From the IMG/VR virus record IMGVR_UViG_3300030098_004559, positions 1 to 43,035 of that record: a stretch of DNA of 43,035 nucleotides. One strand, written 5' to 3'. The notes beneath the pieces are model-generated. The model made no database searches. It saw nothing but the letters and a program-made list of their open reading frames with translations, and was not told the origin of the DNA. A program made the position numbers and the translations under genes. Below are positions 25,973 through 35,300 of the stretch, piece by piece. Numbering within the stretch: the stretch's first letter is position 1; each line of letters starts with the position of its first letter. Origin of the DNA: a virus (Duplodnaviria; Caudoviricetes).

Positions 25973-26276
25973 CAAGGTCTAGATTACCTAGTAAATACTC
26001 ACCTATTCCAAGCTGATTAAGATAGTTAGCCAATACCTGTATCTTCAATTCATTTAAATCTAAATCTACACTAGACTCAATAGCGTGAAGCAATTCATGT
26101 ATTAAAGTTTCACCTAATTTGCTAGAAGGTTGGTTAGCGTCAAGTTCTATGCGTTGCAATTCTGCATTAAACCTGCCCCAGGCGTGTACGCCATCGTGGT
26201 TGTATAGGCCATCTACCAAAACAATGTCTAGTAAATGGCCACAAACCTTAAGTTTAGATTGAGATACTATCTTAAT
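25956..26276 (-). CDS. HEXXH metallopeptidase-like protein
   Basis: TLIHELLHAI motif. The frame is open upstream of TTG 26219 to ATT 26276 (IKIVSQSKLKVCGHLLDIVL); the start is uncertain. Confidence 0.6.
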   Translation of the reverse strand: MKIVSQSKLKVCGHLLDIVLVDGLYNHDGVHAWGRFNAELQRIELDANQPSSKLGETLIHELLHAIESSVDLDLNELKIQVLANYLNQLGIGEYLLGNLDLARILD

Positions 26277-26277
26277 A

Positions 26278-26478
26278 TTATTTCTTAAGCACTTTTTCAG
26301 CTATAGCTAGAACAGAGTCAAGTAAAGCAGAAAGTATTTTCTCTTCAGTTTTTTCACCAATAATAGGAATGTTTACATCTTTATTCCATTTATCAACTAT
26401 CTCTTGTCTAACGTCTTCGCTTTTAAGTTCATCAAGTTTAGCCCCAACCCAATCTTCAGCTACTTTTTTTAAGTCCAT
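26278..26478 (-). CDS. Hypothetical protein
   Basis: 66 aa; AGGAGG SD; NKDVNIPIIGEKTEEKI motif. Confidence 0.7.
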   Translation of the reverse strand: MDLKKVAEDWVGAKLDELKSEDVRQEIVDKWNKDVNIPIIGEKTEEKILSALLDSVLAIAEKVLKK

Positions 26479-26495
26479 TTGGACCTCCTTTTTTG

Positions 26496-26798
26496 TTATT
26501 CTTCATCGTTACTTTTTATCATACTTAAAAATTTATGTTTCATGCCACCACCAGCTAATGCTGCAATAATTTCAACAAGAGCTCTGTAACTCTTCTCTAT
26601 TCCTTTTTGTTCTATCTGCATTTTCTTTTGTTGATCAATAAGCTTTATAACTATTCCTTCAAGCCTTTTAAAGCGTTCGTCCAACTCTTCCATGAGTTCG
26701 TCCTGGATAAATTTGTTCTGTTTCCAGATAAAAAAACCGAAAGCGGTAGCAACCACCACTGGTATGCCGTAATTTTCTAGCAGTACCATTACATCCAT
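26496..26798 (-). CDS. Membrane protein, holin-like
   Basis: N-terminal transmembrane segment (YGIPVVVATAFGFFIW) plus coiled coil; near the endolysin. Confidence 0.55.
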   Translation of the reverse strand: MDVMVLLENYGIPVVVATAFGFFIWKQNKFIQDELMEELDERFKRLEGIVIKLIDQQKKMQIEQKGIEKSYRALVEIIAALAGGGMKHKFLSMIKSNDEE

Positions 26799-27580
26799 TA
26801 GTCATTACCATTTATATATTTGCCCCATACCGAGGTTTCACCGTTAATTATTTCTACAACCTCTACTTTAAAGTTACCATTTTTAAACCAGTCTATAATA
26901 GCAAAAGCATGATTCCAGTTATGTAAGTTACCACGTAACCACTTGTTTTTATCAGAACTCATATCTTTTAAACAACCCATACTCCAAGCACTCTTAGTTC
27001 CACCCAGGCTTGTATCGGTAAAACGCTGTATATCATGAGTATGTCCATACATAATATTTTCACCGTACTGAGATAAGTGTTTCTTAGCATGATGTATAGG
27101 AGTGTAGTCGCCATGTGTAAAGTTAAGTTTGCCTATTTTTAATTTCTTAGTAGATACATATTTCCAGTACTTGTATCCTCTTTCCTTTAAGTTTAAAGCT
27201 TTTTCGGTTCTATACTGTGGTAAATAAGGATGTTTAGTTACAAAATTATCTAGCCATAGCTCGTGATTGCCTTGTATAAAGTGTCTTTTTTTACACTTAG
27301 CCTTGTCAAGACTAGCATCAATTATATCCATGCCCTCATTAACGCCATCAACCTCAGCGTCTAGCATTGGTATTAATAGTTCTAAAGGGGGTTGTTCTCT
27401 GTCACGCCAGTAGTGTTTACTAAAAAGCTCCCACTCACCAGTGTCACCTAAGTCTATGTATGTACAGGGTTTAACTAACTCAATTGCTTTACAAACTACT
27501 TTAATAGCAGGCAAATCGTGCAAAGGGAAATGCTTATCAGGCGTTACTATCGCTCTTCTTACAACTCCCTTCTTTCTCAT
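26798..27580 (-). CDS. Calcineurin-like metallophosphoesterase
   Basis: DxH (PDKH), LGD, GNHE, HG and GHTH motifs. Confidence 0.88.
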   Translation of the reverse strand: MRKKGVVRRAIVTPDKHFPLHDLPAIKVVCKAIELVKPCTYIDLGDTGEWELFSKHYWRDREQPPLELLIPMLDAEVDGVNEGMDIIDASLDKAKCKKRHFIQGNHELWLDNFVTKHPYLPQYRTEKALNLKERGYKYWKYVSTKKLKIGKLNFTHGDYTPIHHAKKHLSQYGENIMYGHTHDIQRFTDTSLGGTKSAWSMGCLKDMSSDKNKWLRGNLHNWNHAFAIIDWFKNGNFKVEVVEIINGETSVWGKYINGND

Positions 27581-27586
27581 ATGTAA

Positions 27587-27736
27587 TTACCTTTTAATTT
27601 CTTTATAAATCTTAACGCATATATATACGAATGTTGCTATCCCTACAGCAACCCTTACCATCATAGGTAAGAACTCTAGCCATGTTATTGTAACTCCACT
27701 TGCACCTGCTGTAACTGTTTTTAAACTGTCTACCAT
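27587..27736 (-). CDS. Small membrane protein, putative holin (49 aa)
   Basis: MVDSLKTVTAGASGVTITWLEFLPMMVRVAVGIATFVYICVKIYKEIKR; directly after the endolysin. Confidence 0.6.
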   Translation of the reverse strand: MVDSLKTVTAGASGVTITWLEFLPMMVRVAVGIATFVYICVKIYKEIKR

Positions 27737-27737
27737 T

Positions 27738-28130
27738 TTATTCCTTTATCTCAAAATGTGGAAAATCATCAAACCTATTGTCTTGTACTTGAAAGTCCTG
27801 GTCCCAATCTCCACCCCATCTTAATTTAATACCCATTGACTGAGCAATGCCCAGTACAAAACCAGCAAAAAGAGTTTGTCGCTCACGGTCATCCCAGTCC
27901 ACTGGATAAGGTGTAACATCAACAGCCCTACTAGGGCTACTATTATGCCTCCCATTAGGGAATTTAACTTTAGTTTTACCTTCGTCGTAAAGCTTGTTTT
28001 GCCTGTCTTCATTTCTATGTCCCTCCAAAACACTGCAATCTACGTATTTAATTACTTCATTAAATATATCTTGTAATCTTTTGTCGCAACTTTCTAAGTT
28101 TTTTTTACTTCTTTTTCCGAATCTTGGCAT
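27738..28130 (-). CDS. Endolysin, M15-family (L-Ala-D-Glu) peptidase
   Basis: MPRFGKRS..NL, EGHR...RQ, RH....AVD, RWGGDW and D.PHFE, resembling the T5 endolysin family. Confidence 0.88.
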   Translation of the reverse strand: MPRFGKRSKKNLESCDKRLQDIFNEVIKYVDCSVLEGHRNEDRQNKLYDEGKTKVKFPNGRHNSSPSRAVDVTPYPVDWDDRERQTLFAGFVLGIAQSMGIKLRWGGDWDQDFQVQDNRFDDFPHFEIKE

Positions 28131-28267
28131 TCTTCTTCCTCTTTCATTTTCTTTAGTACTTCTATAGCACCTAAACATTTTTGTGCTGTATCATGAGCTT
28201 CTTGTTTTTTACTAATACATTTATTATATTGATCTACAAGCTCTTTTATTTGTTCATCTATACTCAT
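28094..28267 (-). CDS. Small coiled-coil protein (57 aa), tail-fibre-chaperone-like
   Basis: MSIDEQIKELVDQYN...KCLGAIEVLKKM...; TAATG coupling. Confidence 0.6.
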   Translation of the reverse strand: MSIDEQIKELVDQYNKCISKKQEAHDTAQKCLGAIEVLKKMKEEEECQDSEKEVKKT

Positions 28268-29043
28268 TATGGGCTATCCTCTGCGAAAACTGGTCCATTT
28301 TCAACTGTTCCATTATTACCATTACCACTAGCATCATATATTGTTGACCCTGTGCCATTCTCTACACCATCACCCATTCTCCACCAGCCTTTTAATTTAG
28401 TAGGCTCAATACCTTCTTTGTGATTATAAGGTGTACCACCATTATATATTGTGGTGACTTGACCTGCTGTAAAAGCTATGTCATTATAGAAAGCTACATC
28501 TGATATGTATCCTTCATAGTCTCTAGAATTAGCGTCATTGCCAATGTAAAATACATCAGAATCATCAGTCAAATCAGTAACTGTTATTGTGTTTGCAGCA
28601 TTTGTCAAAGAGCCATCAATATATATATACATTAAATTATTAGTATTATCTCCAACACAAACCACATGATGCCATTGATTCATATTAACTATATCAGCGC
28701 CTGTTTGTTCTATATTTCTAGTACCACCGCCAGAACTAGTTACTAAATCAAAAAACATTTTATTAGAATGAGTAGATGAGTCTATATGAGTTACAGCCCA
28801 CCCATCTCCACTTCCTAATGAATGACCTTTCGACACAATAGGCCAGTTATCCTTGCTTCCTGAACCATCAACGCTTTTAAACCAAGCAGATATAGTAAAA
28901 TCTTTTGTGCCTACATCTAAACTAGAATCAGATCCACAATTAACTCTATTATTGTTTGTGCCATCAAAATACATAGACCATCTATCATATTTTGAAAATG
29001 GCTCTATAGAACTTAGTGAATTTGTTAGTGTGTTAATTGGCAT
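28267..29043 (-). CDS. LamG/ConA-like lectin-fold virion protein
   Basis: SMYFDG, FTISAWFK, QWHHVV, YIDG, GYISDVAFYN, GWWRMGD and DASGNGNNGT motifs. Confidence 0.85.
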   Translation of the reverse strand: MPINTLTNSLSSIEPFSKYDRWSMYFDGTNNNRVNCGSDSSLDVGTKDFTISAWFKSVDGSGSKDNWPIVSKGHSLGSGDGWAVTHIDSSTHSNKMFFDLVTSSGGGTRNIEQTGADIVNMNQWHHVVCVGDNTNNLMYIYIDGSLTNAANTITVTDLTDDSDVFYIGNDANSRDYEGYISDVAFYNDIAFTAGQVTTIYNGGTPYNHKEGIEPTKLKGWWRMGDGVENGTGSTIYDASGNGNNGTVENGPVFAEDSP

Positions 29044-29045
29044 AA

Positions 29046-29318
29046 TTATGCTTTGTAAGCTAAAACTTTTCCACTATCTAACTCAATAGATGCAAAACGT
29101 CCAAAAATAGTTGTTCCTTTTGGTATTGTAAAGTCTGCTACATCTGTAATAAAAGACATATCACATTCAGATACATCGACTGCTGCATCTTCTAAAGCTG
29201 TAATTGCTGCAAAAGGGCCAGTGTGCTCAGCTGTGTCGTCTATCAAAACAACACCTGTTTGGCCTAAAGAAATGTTTTGTGCTTCTTGCACTGAGTATTT
29301 GTGTTTACCGTTTGCCAT
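29046..29318 (-). CDS. Small conserved virion-associated protein
   Basis: 90 aa; HKYSVQEAQN..LGQ and IPKGTTIFGRF...ELDSG.V.AY motifs; GGAGG SD. Confidence 0.7.
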   Translation of the reverse strand: MANGKHKYSVQEAQNISLGQTGVVLIDDTAEHTGPFAAITALEDAAVDVSECDMSFITDVADFTIPKGTTIFGRFASIELDSGKVLAYKA

Positions 29319-29322
29319 GTTT

Positions 29323-29359
29323 CCTCCCTGCCCTAAGCACTGGCTGTGCGTGAACGAGC
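29323..29359 (-). promoter_or_regulatory. Candidate cis-regulatory hairpin abutting the Shine-Dalgarno
   Basis: Minus strand GCTC-GTTCAC-GCAC-AGCCA-GTGC-TTA-GGGC-AG-GGAGG-AAAC-ATG. Confidence 0.35.
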
Positions 29360-29392
29360 TTGTTTATTGTTTAAAATTCTATCGTAATATAG

Positions 29393-32300
29393 TTATTCAA
29401 TGAAATCTTCCCAAGATTTATCTTCGATTTCTTTTTCTTGTAAAATCTTTTTATACCCTTTGTCCAACTCATATCTGTTGCCTTTCCAAAACAAATACTC
29501 TATGTTAGTTTGTGCACCTGCTTCGTACTCAGGCATACTTTCTATTAAAACTTTTATACTATCTGCAAACTCTTCACCTTCAGGGTGGTCACCTAAAACA
29601 CCACCTTTAGGATGCTTGTAATCTATTTTATATTTATTAACTAAAACTCTTTGCAGATGTTCTCCAGTAAAATGTAGTCTAGCTAATGAGTTTGCATATT
29701 TAAATAGTTTTGGCATATTTAATTCTTGTATATCTTTATCCTTACCTTTAGGGCTTGGATGCAATTCTTCGTGGAATTTTTTTATATAATGATTTCTAAG
29801 AACCTTTATTCTATAATTGTAAAGCGCCCCTACATTTAAATCTTTATGTGATTCTTTTAAAAATTCTAATGTTTCAGGCATTAAATCCTCTAGCTTAGTT
29901 ACAAAATCTGCATATTTAATATTTGCACCAAAACCCTTTTTGTACTCATTCATAATATCTAGCTGAGCTTCTTGTTCAGCGTATAATAGTAGCAGTCTAT
30001 CTATATGTTTTATGCCTTCAGACACAGACATTTGAGAGCCCACGGGAAATGTGTTAATAAAACTTTTGCTTTCTTCGTTAAATGATATAGGTGTCCATTT
30101 TTTTACAAATGAATTTCCTGCAAAACTTGCCCAGTCTGTCCAAGTTACGTCACTTTTTAATTTACCAAAAAGAGGAACAGCCCCTTTTATCTCCCATCCA
30201 TTAGGAGACATACCTGTTAGCAACTCATACGTTTGCTGTAAAATTGGTGATAGTTTTGATCCAAAAACATTTCTTTCTTTTATCATAAAATCCATAACAG
30301 TCCTGTCTGGAGCATTGCCAAACAATAATGTACCTCCAGCAGCATTGATTAAAGGAAACAGTGGTTCTGCAACCTCACCTATTTGTTTACCTAGCGAAAA
30401 CACTTCAGGTTTAGTTTTTAATTTTTTTATCTTTTTATCTTTCCATTTTCTCGCCCTTGCTGTATTAACAACTTTATTCGTTTGTGTTAGTATTCCCTCC
30501 ATAAGGCCGCTTTCAAGAATATACGTATATAAAGGTGTATGGTTAACAGTAAACAGTCCATATTTAAACGGCTCGTATTCTTCGTCACCCAACTGACTAA
30601 TTATTAAATTGGCAAGCTCTGTTATACCAACTAACGATGCAATTTGCATAGCAACATATCTTCTATATGTTTTTCTTTGTATTGGGCTAAGTAACGGGTC
30701 ATCATTATAAAAAGCTCTGTAATCTTTATTTCTTATACCTACACCTTTCCAAAACTGATTTTGTACAGATAAGGTCCAATCTGGAGCTAAAAGAATGTGT
30801 CCCAGCGTGCTTTTATACTTAGGGTCATTCCATATTTTATTAATTTTGCTGTTAGGTAAAACAAATTGTGGTTGTCCACCGTATATATCGTTTACAAATT
30901 CTGCTACCATAGTTTTTACCATAAACTCATCAGCCTCAGGAAAATCTTTCATTAGTTTATCAACCGTATCTTTCCAGGTAAATACTTTGTTACCTTGATG
31001 ATAATTGTTCCACAGACTTTCATTAAATTTTTCTAATCCCTTTTTAAAAGGTTTTATTACACTTAGCGGTGACAACATAGCTTTTACTAGTGGGTCTTTA
31101 TCTTCTTTGTATCGTAAAATTCTATCAGCCATATTTATAAAGTAATTTCTATGATAATCTGTCGCAGATGTTTCTCTAGTAAGACCGTGCCTTATAGCAT
31201 CGTCATAATACTCTGTTTGCATATACTTCATTCCAATTCTATGTGGAAACCTCATAGACATTTTTTTCCCAGTAATTGGATCTGGATAACTAAAAACTGC
31301 AAAACCTCTTATAGGATTGTACCATCGTGCATTTGCTGCTATAGAAGACTCTGATAAAGAACCAAAGTGAAAAAATGAACCAAGGAAAAATGCACTTTTA
31401 TAAAGTTGATTTAACATTACAGCTCCCTCTCCAAGCATACCCATTTTATACCGATTATTAATAAATGGTTTTACTATTTCATAAAAATCTTTATGTACAA
31501 ATACAGGGTTTTTGCTTGCCATAAGCACACCATCTTTACTTTCACCAAATATTCTCATTACAAACTCATCTTTTAACTCCCTATAGTTACTTTTTCTTAC
31601 CGTCTCTAATTCCTTTTCTAGGCTTTCTATAAATTTATCATCATATCCGTTCTTTTTAGCATAGTCTATTTGGTTTGTAACTGTTTCATATATTTTGCCT
31701 CTAGCTTCATTGGTCATTGCTATTGGATTGTTAAATTCGTTTTTAGTATTTTTTAGCTGATGTAAAAGTAAATTGTTTCTAGCCATAATATGGTTAGCTT
31801 CAATATAAGATTTATACATTTCTCCTAATGTTATTTTCTTTGGTTTAAGACCAAGCTCTATACCTTCTGCATATGTAGGTATAATTCTTTTATTTTTACT
31901 TTTAGTTCGTGTTCTCCAGCTGTCAACAAAATCATCTAAATTTTTACCTTTTATATCCCACATATGTGGTATATAGTTTTCTATGTATTTTATATATTCA
32001 TCAGGACCCAACACTTCTAACTGTTTATTTATATCTTTTCTAACATTTTCAATACGTTTTTGATACTGTTTAATTATGTTCATTTTTGTAGGGTTATTCT
32101 CAACTCTTTTAACTAAATCAGAGTATGTATCATCCTTGACAAAGTAATTACCTTTACCCTTATCAGTTGTTTTAACTACAAAATTGTTAGCTTGTATTTC
32201 TTTAACTAATGTTTTGTTTTCAACATAAGTAATTATATCCCACGAGTCTGCAAAATTTGGAATCTTTGCGTTTACTTTTTCAGCAAATTCTATATCTCTA

Positions 32301-35300
32301 AGTAGTTTAGCTTCAGTATTGTTTATTATTTTCATAGCACGCTTGTACGCTTGATTTCTAGTATATGACTCTAGACTACCTGATAAATTTGCCTCAGGAC
32401 CAATAGTTGCATTTTTATTGTTTATAATATATGTTAATTGATCTACATCATAAACAGGGGCTTTCTTTTTCTTTTTAGCAATTAATCTTTTTATATCTAT
32501 ATACTTAGCTATACCTCTTATGTTTATACCTGATAATACTTTTGATGCTTCCTCAGTAGATATTTTCCCAGACAACACTTGATTAATGCGCTGTCTCAAT
32601 CTTTCAGATGCCTTTATAATTTTTTTTCTACTTTCAATATCTAGCTTAGTAAGACCTATCTTATCTTTGTTACGTAAATCTGCTCTATATTTACTTGTTG
32701 TCTTTTCTAATGATGCAGTAATTTCTGTTAAATTATCAATCTGTACTTTATTATACTCTTTTGTTAAATTTTTAAGTTCATTAGTTTTCATGTACCAATC
32801 AGTAGATTTTTCTTTTAAAGTAGAGATTTGTGTTTTTCTAAGCTCTATTTCTTTTTCTATACCTGTTAAGTCTTTTAACCTTTCAGTTATTTCTGGTGGC
32901 ATTTTTTGTAGAATCTTTTGATTGCCAGCACCAGGCTTGTACCACGACATCATATCAGATAAATCTTCAGATGTTTTTTTAGTTTGCCTAATCCTTTTCA
33001 TTTCGTTTTCAATAGCACGTATCATTGTACTTTCTTTGACTACTTTTTTATTTTTCAAGAAGTCTACACCTAGCTTATCTAAGTCTTTTTGACCTACTTT
33101 CTTTTGTGCAATTCTTACCAACTCATCTTTTTTCTTGTTAAAGTAAGACAGTTGACCATCAAAACTTAACTGTGAAAGTTCTTCGTTTGTCATTGGCTTT
33201 ACTTTGCCCTTTTTAATATCAACTGTTTCAGCTACTTTTGTTATTTTAGGCTGCTTTACTGTTGGTTCTACTGTAGGTTTTTTCTTTGGTGAAGGTTTTT
33301 TAACAACAGGTTTTGGAGGTGCTGTTGCTATACTGTAGAATGTATCTATTTCTGGATAACTTTTAGGCTGCATATTTCTACCTGAAGCCATCGCATAACC
33401 TTTAGATACACCGTAAGTAGGACTATAATATCTACCAGTTTTAGAATCAAAAAACTCTGGTATAACAAATGCTTCACTATCCATTCTTCTAAACATTACA
33501 TACTCTGAACCATCAGATAATAATTTTTGTGGATTCTTTTTAAGTTCTCCTTTTATAAGCTCAGTAGCTACTCTCCAAGGCTCAGCTTTATACTCTTTGT
33601 TTTGCATTAACTTTTTCCACAATTTTGGATTTAATTTTTTAGCAAGCTCTATTGGGCTATTGTCTTCTATTATAGTGCTAACTTTTGTTTGATCAAACGG
33701 AGCTTCAGTAACCTCTTTTGTTACAGGGTTACCATGATATACTTTTTCTATAGGCACAGAACCAGAAGCAAACGCTTCATCTATTTTATCTAAGTTAGCA
33801 TAAAGGTTATTAGCAGTTTCATCTATTTTGTCTAGTTTTTCTTGCAGTAAAGCCTTTGTGTTTTTATCTGACATTTTTTTAAGGTCAGACTCTAACTTAA
33901 ACCTAGTTGTTTTTAAATTGTTTATTTGTATAGCTAATTCTTCTTTAACAGAATATAGTTTTTCAAATGACGAAGGAGCCTTTAATTCTGTTGTAGACTT
34001 ATTAATCAAGTTGTTTGATTCTTTAATTAATGTGTTTTGTTCTGTAGTTGAAATAGTATGTATATTTGTGCCGTCTGCAGCTTTTGCTACTGTGCCGTCT
34101 AAGTTTAATACATTAGAGTTGTTGTTTTGTGCAAATAAATTTAACTGTTCACTCTCTGGTGCAATAACACCTACATGTACATCTGTTGCTCCATCTGGTT
34201 TTTTGGTTATTGCTATAGCAGTGTTTTCTAAATTGTTTTGAAACAATGAAAAGTTTTCAGCCTTTGCTTGATTTGTTATATCAACTAGTGCCATTGTATT
34301 TGATTCAGGTATTGTAGATGTAGACAGTGACACAAATTGAAATCCTGGTACGGGCCCTACTAAACTATTATCAAACCTAGCTACTAATGCATTGCTTTTG
34401 GGGTCAGCTATAAAATTATCTACTTCTGCAACAAATGCTCTACCCATGTTAATAGCTACATTTTCTGCCGCACCTGCTATTTCCATATGTATTTCATTAA
34501 CAACCATTAATGCATTTTCTTTAGAACCTACATCAACTTTAATTTCATTTTTACCATTTTTAATAATTACATTTGATCCAACTGGAGCTACTCTAGTATC
34601 GGCATCTATAATGTCTGCTGGCAACCCTTTACCTTGATTGTTTTTTCCAAACTTTTTGTTAAAAGCCTCTTCGCCGTTAGCGTCAAAATAATTTCTTTGA
34701 TTTCCATAGCTATCTTTATAACGTGGCTTGTATTTAGCAAATTGCGGGTCTTTTAAAAACCTACTATGCCACCTAACTATGTCTGCTTGACCTATTCCAG
34801 CCTTATTTAATGCTTTGTCCCATTTTGTCATAAACTCTAAATAGTTTAATTGTGAAAAATCTGCTAATATTTCTGGCAAATGTCTAGACGCAAATTGCTG
34901 GGTTTGAAAATCATACTCTACTTTTGTTCCAGCTTTTTTTAATCCTAAAAATTTAGGAAGGTTGCTTGATTCGTACTTCTTAAATTTAAATTTTTTATTA
35001 AATTCAAAAGCTTTACCCGATGCTAGGTATTGGCCAGGCACTTTAATATTTATATTAAAATCTGGTAAAATTTGAAAAGTAGCTCTTGGAACTTCTTTTC
35101 TAGTAACATATTCCCAAGGCTCTAATTTTTTAAGTGAATAGTTTTTCTTTAAATCGTATCCCCATTTTTTTGACATTTCTTGTATCCATGGAGAGTTAGT
35201 TACTCTAGGATTGTTTATAGTATATCTTTTTAAATTATACCTAGCCGCTTCTGCAACAAAATAAAATGGTTTATAGCTAGAAGTTTCATTTATAAAAGCC

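Noticed and set aside
28131-28178. Upstream start of the endolysin given by the ORF track (similarly 17446 and 42865)
   Set aside because: The extension lies within a neighbouring small gene and MPRF at 28130 fits the family; 17479 has the SD; the 42865 frame is open to the window end.
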